Source: Candidatus Woesearchaeota archaeon
GTDB lineage: Archaea > Nanobdellota > Nanobdellia > Pacearchaeales > UBA284
Assembly: GCA_964599615.1 (NCBI GenBank)
Contig: CAZRGF010000003.1
Coordinates: forward strand, 26,289-90,288
Direction: 5' to 3'
Length of the DNA: 64,000 nt
Position numbers and translations under genes: made by a program. Below are positions 19,815-28,824 of this stretch, piece by piece. The notes under the pieces are model-generated. The model searched no databases, was not told where the DNA came from, and was given only the letters and a program-made list of their open reading frames with translations. Each line of letters opens with the position of its first letter. Position 1 is the stretch's first letter.

Positions 19815-19942
19815 CTTTTCTTAACTATAGTGAACTATTTAAATCTTTCTGTAACTTAATCCGATAAAAACCCTTCAATAATTAGTAACTATAAAGTAAC
19901 ACTAGATACAAAGATTTAAAAAAGTAAAAATCATCCTAAAAG

Positions 19943-21973
19943 ATGGAAAATCTTGATTCAGGGGACAAACAAAAAATTGCTTTAAAGACCCATATCCAAG
20001 ATACAGAAAGGAAAATTTTTGGCACTACATTGGATGATTACAAATCTGTTCAAGATAAACTTCTACCTTTTATAAAAGAAGGTAAAGAAGATGGAATGAC
20101 TAAATTCTTATCAAGATTATATTTGTATTATGCTTTAAGATGCACTGGCGAAGAATCTCTTGTTTATATGCATAGGGCAGTTGCATTGAACCCAAAAATT
20201 GAATTAACCTCCCCAACATCAAATCCTGAATCTCTTCCTTGGGAAGATGAACAAGAAAAAACACCAGGATATGTCAGAATTCTAGAAGCTTACATAGGGG
20301 ATATAAAAAAAGAGACACAAGAAAAAGGCATTCAACCCTTAGATTTTCATGAAATTAGATACAAGATGATAAAATCTGGAGAAATTCCAGATCCACATAT
20401 TTATTCTTCAACCTTAGATGAATTAACTGATGAAGAATTCCAAAGAGAAAAAAGAAGAGTCGCAAAACAAGAAATGGGAGTAGGTTCTTTTTTATCAGAA
20501 ATGCTATTATCAAGTCAACAAGACAAAAGAGATAGAGAAAGATGGAAAAAAGGCACACAACTTCCAAAAGTCTCATTCGAACAGCTGGAGACTATTTTCT
20601 CTTCAAAATATCCAAGACATGTGATAATCGATCCAGAAGCTATTGGCGGAATAAGTCTTCAACCATCCAGAAGATATGATAACATAGATCAAGCCTGTGA
20701 TATGATCTGCCTTGAAATTTCAAAAAGATTGTCTAGAAGGTTAGATGCATATAGATTTAGACAAGGTACTGCAAAAGAAGAGATTGAAATTGAAGGACTT
20801 GGAAAAATGAAAATTACAATTTCGGGTGGAGAAGGAGCTTTCACATATATTTCAGAAATTAAATCGGATAAATTTAGAATATGGAATTGTAGGGGCACGG
20901 GAAGAAAGTATCTTGATAGACGAAATGATATTGCGCTACCAACAGACATCGAAATCAATGATGATGGTCTACAGACAAAATTGACGCTTTATGAAGATGA
21001 TTCTGGAATTTTTTTAGAAAGATATGGTTTGAAGTATACAAATAAAAGAGTAGAAGCATTTGGACAAGGCCTGACAAGTGATGGTAAAAGAGATGACCTG
21101 TACCCTTCTAGACAAGACTTAGAAAAAACAGAAAATCCTGAACTCAGAGAATTCTTGATTAGAAAAGGAGTTATGAAAAAAAGTTTTATACCCGATGAGA
21201 TGATTTTTGATTCTAGCGAATTTGAGAAATATACAAAAAATCCTGCAGGATATAAAAAGTTTTTTGCAGAAATGGAACTACCTTCTCAATTGAGCTATAG
21301 AAAAGAAAGTAGAACAATAAGTGATTGGTTAGTCCGCAAGGTTTTGAAAAGAATTGTCTTGACTCCTGAAAGAAGAGATCAAGCAAAAACCCAACCAGCA
21401 CCTATTCCCTATCCTGAGAAAATAGGCCCATTATACACCTGGATTCCACTTGGGGACGCTGAAAAGATTGAGATAATCGGCAAGGACTCAGATAAAGCTT
21501 ACCCCGATGAAAGAAATGCTATAGACCCGAGATGGAGACTAATCCCATGGGATATACCCGGAAAATTCCCCGAAGAAACACAGGAAGGATTTATATGGTG
21601 TGGGGTTGGTCCTGCAGCAGAAAATGCCCCTTCTGATCTTTATGATATTCCGGGCCATCATATGGATTCTGGGAGTCTTTTTGACTATAGAAATCAGCTT
21701 GTCCAGATTACTCCAAAACACGGCGAAGAAGTTTATGTTGTAGATTATCAAGCTTGGGATGATTACAGAGAAACTGCATTTAAGACAACTGAGACATTAT
21801 CCTCAAAACAACTTTCTGAATTATACTCTGCTCTTGCAAATACATTTGTTCCAATAAATGAATATAAGGGAAATTATAAAAAACCAACAGTAGTTATTTC
21901 CAGAGCTTTAGGACTTGACGAAGTTGAATTAGTCAAAGGCACTATTTATGATCCTCGAAAAGAAGAAGAATAA
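19943..21973 (+). CDS. large hypothetical protein (676 aa), no recognisable domain
   Basis: Long uninterrupted ORF with normal composition, followed by a palindromic hairpin. Confidence 0.6.
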   Translation: MENLDSGDKQKIALKTHIQDTERKIFGTTLDDYKSVQDKLLPFIKEGKEDGMTKFLSRLYLYYALRCTGEESLVYMHRAVALNPKIELTSPTSNPESLPWEDEQEKTPGYVRILEAYIGDIKKETQEKGIQPLDFHEIRYKMIKSGEIPDPHIYSSTLDELTDEEFQREKRRVAKQEMGVGSFLSEMLLSSQQDKRDRERWKKGTQLPKVSFEQLETIFSSKYPRHVIIDPEAIGGISLQPSRRYDNIDQACDMICLEISKRLSRRLDAYRFRQGTAKEEIEIEGLGKMKITISGGEGAFTYISEIKSDKFRIWNCRGTGRKYLDRRNDIALPTDIEINDDGLQTKLTLYEDDSGIFLERYGLKYTNKRVEAFGQGLTSDGKRDDLYPSRQDLEKTENPELREFLIRKGVMKKSFIPDEMIFDSSEFEKYTKNPAGYKKFFAEMELPSQLSYRKESRTISDWLVRKVLKRIVLTPERRDQAKTQPAPIPYPEKIGPLYTWIPLGDAEKIEIIGKDSDKAYPDERNAIDPRWRLIPWDIPGKFPEETQEGFIWCGVGPAAENAPSDLYDIPGHHMDSGSLFDYRNQLVQITPKHGEEVYVVDYQAWDDYRETAFKTTETLSSKQLSELYSALANTFVPINEYKGNYKKPTVVISRALGLDEVELVKGTIYDPRKEEE

Positions 21974-21979
21974 TCCCTC

Positions 21980-21995
21980 TGATTAGCTAATCAGC
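21980..21995 (+). terminator. perfect 16-nt palindrome followed by a T-run
   Basis: ctgattagctaatcag, then catttttaag, 7 nt after the stop of 19943..21973. Confidence 0.3.
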
Positions 21996-22111
21996 ATTTT
22001 TAAGATAATTTTAAGAAAGATAATTCTAAATTAAAAACAAAAAGAAATAGAAAAAGGAAATACAACTAACTAAAATTGCTCTTTCCTCTTTTTTGGATTC
22101 AAATTATGAAA

Positions 22112-22927
22112 TTAAATCTTGACTTTATTCAAAGGAGTCATCTTTTCCCAGTTTGCATTAAACAATTCTTGCAATGTTCCACCAAAAAAAGGACTATTAA
22201 CCCAGACACCAACATCATAATTTGGATGTACTTCTGTGTCATTCAAAAGCATAACCAACATCTCTTTGCTGTCGCTCAAGGTAAATCGAGATTTCAATTT
22301 TCCACTTCTGATTTCTGCATATTTACTTAGTTCTTTTGCTGCTTTGTAATTCTTCGCGTCTATTGGTGCAGAAATTCTAACTGAAACTCCTTTTTTCTTA
22401 GCTTTTTCTAAAGCTGATTTCAAGCTTTCAAATTTTCTAGTCAATCCTTCAGCAGTTGTTGCAATAACAACGCCTTTCTCTGAGTTTCTTATGATCATGT
22501 CCATATGATCATAGATATTATTTCTTCCCCTTATTGCTCCAGATAAGTCTGTTGGTTCAATGTATTTTATCCCTGTTGTGAACAATGTGTCAAGTTCTTC
22601 CAAAACATCTGTTCCTCTCAACTCATCAAGTCTTTTTGACATATCGCTTGCGTCTCTTGCTACATTTCTTTTAACTCGCTCTACAACTTCTACAGGTTTC
22701 AACGCAATGAATTTTATTGGTTTTCCCAATTTCATTACAATAAAACCTTTTTTTTCGAGACTTTCTAAAATGTCGTAAGTTCTTGATCTTGGTACATTAG
22801 AGATGTCACTCAACTCTCCTGCTGTAGAAACACCTCGGGATAATAGCGCTGCCCACACTCTTACCTCGTATAAATTCAATCCAAAAATTTTTCTTAACCT
22901 TCCCAAAAACTCTTCCTTAACAATCAT
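22112..22927 (-). CDS. TrmB-family transcriptional regulator
   Basis: LNLYEVRVWAALLSRGVSTAGELSDISNVPRSRTYDILESLEKKGFI. 271 aa with a C-terminal TrmB-type domain. Confidence 0.8.
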   Translation of the reverse strand: MIVKEEFLGRLRKIFGLNLYEVRVWAALLSRGVSTAGELSDISNVPRSRTYDILESLEKKGFIVMKLGKPIKFIALKPVEVVERVKRNVARDASDMSKRLDELRGTDVLEELDTLFTTGIKYIEPTDLSGAIRGRNNIYDHMDMIIRNSEKGVVIATTAEGLTRKFESLKSALEKAKKKGVSVRISAPIDAKNYKAAKELSKYAEIRSGKLKSRFTLSDSKEMLVMLLNDTEVHPNYDVGVWVNSPFFGGTLQELFNANWEKMTPLNKVKI

Positions 22928-23085
22928 TTTTTAAAATTTTTTAACTTGCATTAGATTAAAATACAAGTTAATGTTCTTAGTTTATAGTAGTATTTAAAGC
23001 TTTCTGTTAAATTACCCTCTATAAATCATCACTCAGTAGAAAATTTAAAGGACCAGAAAACCGACAAAAAACATTATTTAAGTGA

Positions 23086-25899
23086 TTAAAAAGACAGTTC
23101 GATTGCTCTCTCTTTAATTTTCTCCTTGAAATTATTTTTAAAATCACACTTTTTCTCAAAATCAATTTTATTGCAGTTGATTTTCTTTAGGATTTCAGAC
23201 GCATGTTTATTGATAATGCTCTTCATGTAATCATCGGTCTTTAAGTTAAGGAGTATTGGATTTTCTTTTTTTAACCCTGCTTTTTTTCTGCAATCCTGGA
23301 CTATTCTTATAAACTCTCTTGCATAACCCTCTTCTTCTAATTCTGCTGTAATCTTAGTGTTCAAGGAGACTTCAAAAACTCCTTCTTTAGACTTTTCAAA
23401 ATCTATTTTTTTTACATTTATTCTTTTGAGGACAATTTCTTGGATATCTTTGTCAAGAGATCTATCATTTTTGATTTTTACAGAAGACAAAGGCCACCTT
23501 ACCCCTATCCCTGCGGCAGACCTTGCTGCCAAAGCTTTCTCTATAATCTCCATTGCAAAAGAAAATTCTTCTTCTAATTTCTTGTTAATTTTCTTTTCAT
23601 CAAATTTAGGCCATAAACAAAGATGAATTGATTCTTCTTCCAGGTCTAATTTTTCTTTCAATTCTTGATAAATTTTTTCAGTTATAAACGGCATTACAGG
23701 AGCACAAAGTTTTATCAAATCAAGATAAACCTCTTTTAAAACAAATTTTGCACCCTCATCCCCCAAGGAAATTCTTTCTCTGATAGTTTGTATATACCCT
23801 CTGCTCAAATCATTCAACCAAAATTCTTGCAAAGCTCTAACAGCAAGATGTGGATGCAACTCTTCTATCTCAGAAGTCGTTTTTTTGATTAAAAAATTTA
23901 ATTTAGATAAAATCCACTTATCCTCTATTTCAAGTTTTGAAACTTTTTTTGATTTTTCAACAAGATTATGCATATTATAAAGAATATTGATACTATTTGC
24001 TGGTTCTTTGAGCACAGTAAATCCAAATTTTAATTCTTGGGAGGGATCTTGCAGACAATAAAGCAGTCTAATTGGATCTGCCCCAATTTTTTTCACAGCA
24101 TCGTCAAACCAAATTGTATTTCCTTTGCTTTTATGCATCTCCTCTCCTTTTTCATCTTTTAAGGTCTCGTAACCAAAAAGTGCTTTGAATGGAGCTTTTC
24201 CTGTTAACGTTACGCTAGCCCAGAACAAGGCATTAAACCATCCCCTAAATTGGCCAGGCATATTCTCGGTAATTAAATCAGCGGGAAACCAATTTTCCCA
24301 TTCTTTTTTATTTGTCAGGTAAGGTCCAACTGTAGAAAATGGGACAATCCCTGCATCTAACCATGCATCCCCTACATCTTTTATTCTCTCAACTTCTTTT
24401 CCGCATTTCCCACATTTTATTTTTATTTCATCTATCCATGGTCTGTGAATTTCAGGCAATTGATCAACTTTTTTCTTATCAATCGCTTTTTCTTTTAATT
24501 CTTCTAGACTTCCGATAACTTCGATGTGCCCGCATTTACATTCCCATATAGGCAGAGGCAGACCCCAATATCTTTTTCTTGAAATCAACCAATCCCCCAT
24601 ATTCCCAAACCAATCTTCTTGCCTTATTTTACCATACTCTGGATACCAGGTTATTTTTTTATTCTCCTTGATTAATTTGTCCCTTATCTCTTTACATTTT
24701 ACATACCACTCATTAACAAGTCTAAAGACTAATTCTTCTCCACATCTCCAACAATGTGGATATCTATGTTTTATTGGTTCAAGTTTATAGATAAAGCCCC
24801 TTGCTTCTAAATCTTCTAGAACCATCTTATTTGCTTCAGAATATTTTTTAGAACTGAATTCTTCATAATCTTCTTCAAAAGTTCCATCCTCTTTCAATGG
24901 AGAAATTGCTGGAAGACCTTCTCTTTTTCCTAAATCAAAATCTTCTGCACCACATCCCGGGGCAATATGGACAATTCCTGTCCCCTCTTCTCCTGAAGCT
25001 AATTCCCACAATACCACTTTGTGCGGAGCTCCTTTTTGTGGTTTTAGATTAGCATAAGGCATGATATATTCAACATCTTTAAGTTCTTTGCCTAATTTGT
25101 TCTCAAATATCTCATAATCTCCGTTCAATTCTTCTAGTCTAGATTCAGCAAGCCAATAGAATTTTCCATTATGCTGGACTTTTACATAAAGGACATTTTC
25201 ATTTACTGCTATTGCCACGTCAGCAGGAACTGTCCAAGGAGTTGTTGTAAAAATTAAAAAATATTCATTTGGTTTTTTCTTTAAAGGGAATTGCATAAAC
25301 AAAGCAGTATGGGTTACTTCCTTATAACCCTCTGTTGCGATATCGTGCTTTGAACTCGCAGTCCCGCATCTCCAGCACCATGGGACTGTGTCTTTCCCTT
25401 TGTAAAGCCAACCCTGCTCAAAATATTTTTTTAATAGATACCAATTATGCAGATTATTATTATCCGTCATAGTATAATAAGAATTATCCCAGTCCATCCA
25501 GTATCCAAGCCTTATTGATTGTTCAGTTTGAATTTTAGAAAATTTTTCAGCTCTTTTTTTACAAGATTTGACAAAATTAAGTATTCCAAATTTTTCAATA
25601 TCCTGTTTATTCTTTAATCCTAAATCTTTTTCTTCTTCTCTCTCAACCCATAGCCCTTGGCAATCAAAACCATTCTGATATCTTTGGTCAAAACCCTGCA
25701 TTGCTTTAAACCTCTGGAACAAGTCTTTGTATGTTCTACCCCAAGCATGATGCACGCCCATAGGGTTGTTTGCGGTTATTGGACCATCAAGAAAACTCCA
25801 CTTTTTTTTGCCTTTATTTTTCTTTCTAAGCTTATCAAATACGTGATTATCCTGCCAAAACCTAAGGATTTCTTCTTCATTAGCATTAAAGTTATACAT
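23086..25899 (-). CDS. ileS: class Ia aminoacyl-tRNA synthetase, most likely isoleucyl-tRNA synthetase (type 2-like)
   Basis: HIGH-region GPITANNPMGVHHAWGR, KMSKS-region MHKSKGN, a large editing insertion, and CWRCG twice. Ile versus Val/Leu assigned only by N-terminal pattern resemblance. Confidence 0.75.
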   Translation of the reverse strand: MYNFNANEEEILRFWQDNHVFDKLRKKNKGKKKWSFLDGPITANNPMGVHHAWGRTYKDLFQRFKAMQGFDQRYQNGFDCQGLWVEREEEKDLGLKNKQDIEKFGILNFVKSCKKRAEKFSKIQTEQSIRLGYWMDWDNSYYTMTDNNNLHNWYLLKKYFEQGWLYKGKDTVPWCWRCGTASSKHDIATEGYKEVTHTALFMQFPLKKKPNEYFLIFTTTPWTVPADVAIAVNENVLYVKVQHNGKFYWLAESRLEELNGDYEIFENKLGKELKDVEYIMPYANLKPQKGAPHKVVLWELASGEEGTGIVHIAPGCGAEDFDLGKREGLPAISPLKEDGTFEEDYEEFSSKKYSEANKMVLEDLEARGFIYKLEPIKHRYPHCWRCGEELVFRLVNEWYVKCKEIRDKLIKENKKITWYPEYGKIRQEDWFGNMGDWLISRKRYWGLPLPIWECKCGHIEVIGSLEELKEKAIDKKKVDQLPEIHRPWIDEIKIKCGKCGKEVERIKDVGDAWLDAGIVPFSTVGPYLTNKKEWENWFPADLITENMPGQFRGWFNALFWASVTLTGKAPFKALFGYETLKDEKGEEMHKSKGNTIWFDDAVKKIGADPIRLLYCLQDPSQELKFGFTVLKEPANSINILYNMHNLVEKSKKVSKLEIEDKWILSKLNFLIKKTTSEIEELHPHLAVRALQEFWLNDLSRGYIQTIRERISLGDEGAKFVLKEVYLDLIKLCAPVMPFITEKIYQELKEKLDLEEESIHLCLWPKFDEKKINKKLEEEFSFAMEIIEKALAARSAAGIGVRWPLSSVKIKNDRSLDKDIQEIVLKRINVKKIDFEKSKEGVFEVSLNTKITAELEEEGYAREFIRIVQDCRKKAGLKKENPILLNLKTDDYMKSIINKHASEILKKINCNKIDFEKKCDFKNNFKEKIKERAIELSF

Positions 25900-26061
25900 A
25901 TCTTAGATAGAAAGATGTAGTTTTAAAAGGTTTTGTATAAAAGATTAAGTCCTGTCTTGAAGAGCCCGAAAAGTTATAAAACAAAATAAAAACGCTCAAA
26001 AACTTTTAGTTTTTGGCGTGCCGAAAAACAAAGGTTTTTCATGCAAATAAAAACAAGAAAT

Positions 26062-26178
26062 TTAGCCATCACCAAGTTCGTCTTCACCTACGTCATTGTC
26101 TTTGACATCATCGTCACTTTCGTCACCGAAATCATCGTCATCATCAAAGTCGTCTTCTTTATCATCGTCTTTTGGCAT
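26062..26178 (-). CDS. highly acidic micro-ORF (38 aa)
   Basis: Not in the track. Strong SD ctaaaggaggtaaaaaataATG. Translation: MPKDDDKEDDFDDDDDFGDESDDDVKDNDVGEDELGDG. Confidence 0.3.
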   Translation of the reverse strand: MPKDDDKEDDFDDDDDFGDESDDDVKDNDVGEDELGDG

Positions 26179-26279
26179 TATTTTTTACCTCCTTTAGGGA
26201 TAGTTTTTAAAAAAAAGAATTCCTTTATAAATTTTACTATGGTGCAGAATATACTCAAAAAAGTTTAAATACTTCAGAA

Positions 26280-26396
26280 TTAAATTGCTGCTAGCCTTTT
26301 TTGCTTTCTCTTCCTTTTCTCTCTCTTAATCCTCTTTCTTTGCCATTTCCATCTCATCTGTCTTTTCTTTTTCCATCTTCTTGATGAGCGTTTCAT
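26280..26396 (-). CDS. rpl41e: ribosomal protein L41e (eL41)
   Basis: Not in the track. Translation MKRSSRRWKKKRQMRWKWQRKRIKREKRKRKQKRLAAI matches the archaeal L41e pattern (RWKKK..MRWKW..KRI). Starts 7 nt after the rpoL stop. Confidence 0.75.
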   Translation of the reverse strand: MKRSSRRWKKKRQMRWKWQRKRIKREKRKRKQKRLAAI

Positions 26397-26402
26397 GGTC
26401 GA

Positions 26403-26669
26403 TTATTTGAAAGATTTCTTAAACTCTTTAGAAATTTCGTTGTTTTTATCTTTAATTCTCGATACAGCATCAAGCAGCACTTTTTTAGCGTCCTTGCCCT
26501 TAGTTTTTAGAACAAGTATCGGGTTTTCAGAAGGATTGGCCCTTCTCCAAGCACTGACTTCAACACTAGAATCTTCCCAAAGTTCGTTTCTTAATAATTC
26601 AGCTATAGTCAAATTGTCCATCTCTATCTCGATCTCGTTCTTATCCTGTTTTAATATATTGATGTTCAT
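26403..26669 (-). CDS. rpoL: DNA-directed RNA polymerase subunit L (Rpo11)
   Basis: 88 aa; NEIEIEMDNLTIAELLRNEL...VEVSAWRRANPSENPILVLKT fits the RpoL fold pattern. Confidence 0.65.
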   Translation of the reverse strand: MNINILKQDKNEIEIEMDNLTIAELLRNELWEDSSVEVSAWRRANPSENPILVLKTKGKDAKKVLLDAVSRIKDKNNEISKEFKKSFK

Positions 26670-26749
26670 GTTATTATTCCTCGTTTATGGTTTAAAAACC
26701 TTATGATAATGAAAACTATCAGAAATTAGATAGATTTAAATCAAAGATG

Positions 26750-27289
26750 CTATTCTTTCAAGAAATTGAATGTTTCTTTTAAAAATTCTTTGATCTTCAC
26801 TTTTTTAGAAGCTTCTTCATTAAATTCAACATTTTGCTCATTGTTTTCATTGAGAGTTATATCCTTCTCTATTTCTTCAATTATTTCTTGTTTTTCTTTT
26901 ACTTTTTCTTTTTCAAGATCTTCTACAAATTCTCTTTCTTCTAAAAAAGCGACTTTTTCAGCTTCTTTTATCTCTTTTTCTTTTAATTCTTGGGCTTTTT
27001 TCGCTTCTCTCTCTTCCTTTACTTTTCTAGCTCTTTCCCATAAATCATTCATGCTCGGGCATGTTTTTGGTTTTTCCTCATTTGGCACTTTGGGCTTGCC
27101 CCTCGCTTCCCATCTTTCACCCATCTTCTTTGATTCTTCTTCAAGAATAATCGCATTATTGGTTCTTGCACATTTTTCGCATAATCTTAACGGCCTATTA
27201 TCTGCGATAGTATCAAAAAGTCTTTCTTCTTCAGTTCCACATTCTTCACAACCAAGTTCAAAATCCATACTAGACATAACTTTCAACAA
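26750..27289 (-). CDS. zinc-ribbon protein with a long Glu/Lys-rich tail
   Basis: CEECG...CEKC N-terminal ribbon, then E/K low complexity. The antisense frame is also open because of the composition. Confidence 0.5.
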   Translation of the reverse strand: MLKVMSSMDFELGCEECGTEEERLFDTIADNRPLRLCEKCARTNNAIILEEESKKMGERWEARGKPKVPNEEKPKTCPSMNDLWERARKVKEEREAKKAQELKEKEIKEAEKVAFLEEREFVEDLEKEKVKEKQEIIEEIEKDITLNENNEQNVEFNEEASKKVKIKEFLKETFNFLKE

Positions 27290-27333
27290 TATTTAAAAGT
27301 TATGGTGGTATATTATATTATAAATTTAGTAAA

Positions 27334-28026
27334 ATGATATCCATTGTAATCCCTGCCTATAACGAATCCAGAAGAATTTTAAGGACGTTAGAGGAGTATC
27401 ATTCTTTTTTCACAGAAAAACTTAGGGATGATTTTGAATTGATAATAGTGCCAAATAGCTGCAAAGACAACACCCTGGAAGTGGTTGAAAATTTTTCTAA
27501 AAATAAGAAGAACATAATCATTTGTAATCTCCCCGATAAAGGCAAAGGGGGTGCAGTTATAAAAGGATTTGAAATAGCTAAAGGCAACTTTATAGGATTT
27601 GTAGACGCAGATAACAGCACAAATCCAGAGAATTTTTTTAAATTATACGAGAATATTGGAAATTTTGATGGGATAATAGCTTCAAGAAGAATAAAGGGAG
27701 CAAAAATAGATCCCCCTAGAACATTTTTTCAAAACGCATCTAGCTGGTTTTTTAATAAAACTGTAAAAATTCTTTTGAATTTGAAATATGAAGATACTCA
27801 GTGTGGGGCCAAATTATTCAAAAAAGAAACCGCCAAAGAAGTTATAAACAAAATTAGTGAAAAAGGCTGGATTTTTGATGTAGACCTCTTGCAGATATGC
27901 AAAAAGAATAACTTTCAGATACATGAATACCCCATAATCTGGACAGATTCTAAAGGCTCGGTACTAACTCTTTCAGATGGGATAGAATCGTTCATCAAAT
28001 TATTCAGATATAGTCTGAAAAACTAA
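27334..28026 (+). CDS. family 2 glycosyltransferase (dolichol-phosphate sugar synthase-like)
   Basis: ISIVIPAYNE, FVDADNS (DxD) and TQCGAKLF. Confidence 0.85.
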   Translation: MISIVIPAYNESRRILRTLEEYHSFFTEKLRDDFELIIVPNSCKDNTLEVVENFSKNKKNIIICNLPDKGKGGAVIKGFEIAKGNFIGFVDADNSTNPENFFKLYENIGNFDGIIASRRIKGAKIDPPRTFFQNASSWFFNKTVKILLNLKYEDTQCGAKLFKKETAKEVINKISEKGWIFDVDLLQICKKNNFQIHEYPIIWTDSKGSVLTLSDGIESFIKLFRYSLKN

Positions 28027-28031
28027 TATGC

Positions 28032-28472
28032 TCAAGCCCATTTATCTTTTTTTCTATTCTTTTTAAATGCCCATAGGGCAGAACCGATAAAATTCAGAAT
28101 CAAGCTTATTCCTGTTCCACAGACAAAAGCAATATTCCTTGGCCAAAATTCTCCTCCAAGTATTGAAATTAATAGCGTAAAAACTAAGAAATTCACCAAA
28201 GAGGTTAAACCATAGACAATTAGCCATTTGGGAAGTTGATGCAAAACTTTTTCTTGACTTGCCTTGAAAGTAAATTTTCTATTAGCAAAAAAATTCCACA
28301 CCATTGAAAGAACTATTGCTAAAATTCTTGATATTTGGAGCATTATCAGTTCCTTGCCCAATAGAAGACTAAAAAGATTAAAAAAAGCCCAGTCTATGAG
28401 TGTTGCAATACCCCCAACAAAACAGAATATTCCAAATCTTAAAAAAGTTTTTTTCTTTATCATAACGCACAT
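28032..28472 (-). CDS. GtrA-family membrane protein
   Basis: Four TM helices; FLRFGIFCFVGGIATLIDWAFFNL and NRKFTFK motifs. Confidence 0.8.
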   Translation of the reverse strand: MCVMIKKKTFLRFGIFCFVGGIATLIDWAFFNLFSLLLGKELIMLQISRILAIVLSMVWNFFANRKFTFKASQEKVLHQLPKWLIVYGLTSLVNFLVFTLLISILGGEFWPRNIAFVCGTGISLILNFIGSALWAFKKNRKKDKWA

Positions 28473-28649
28473 TTCTCTTATTATTAATCCATGATTTTTT
28501 AATTATAAATAATTTGTGTTAAAAAAGGATAATTAAAAAAAGGCATAAAATATGTAAACCTATGTAATCCTTGTTATACTGATAAGATGAAGCTCCTCAG
28601 GCTAAAACTCGAGGCACCTATAACATGAAAAACATGATAATGAAAATTA

Positions 28650-28775
28650 ACTTAACTTTGCCAAATGCGAGATACGTATTAATCGACTGTCATACTTTAC
28701 CTGATTTTCTTAAGAACTCTTCGGAAACAATCAATCAAATTAAAATAATTTACACTTATAGTTGGCAAAGTCAAC
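28650..28775. mobile_element. MITE-like element, copy P1 (126 bp)
   Basis: Ends cttaactttgccaa / ttggcaaagtcaac (12/14 inverted match). Roughly 70% identical by eye to the reverse complement of 47998..48129, including ctgattttcttaagaa. Flanks are aattaa / acttaa. Confidence 0.5.
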
Positions 28776-28824
28776 ACTTAAAATTGGAGGATGGCGATTC
28801 TGAAGCTTGGTCGCCATTTATGCA

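Noticed and set aside
22942-22970. aacttgcattag upstream of the third TrmB gene, resembling the MITE end aactcgcattagc.
   Set aside because: Only about 11/13 positions match, and the rest of the element, the TIR partner and the flanking duplication are absent. It is more simply a short 7-bp palindrome (TAACTTG-N15-CAAGTTA).
26766-27296. A 176-aa ORF antisense to 26750..27289.
   Set aside because: It mirrors the Glu/Lys-rich low-complexity gene, giving a Ser/Phe/Leu-rich nonsense composition. The minus-strand ORF has a zinc ribbon and operon context with rpoL.
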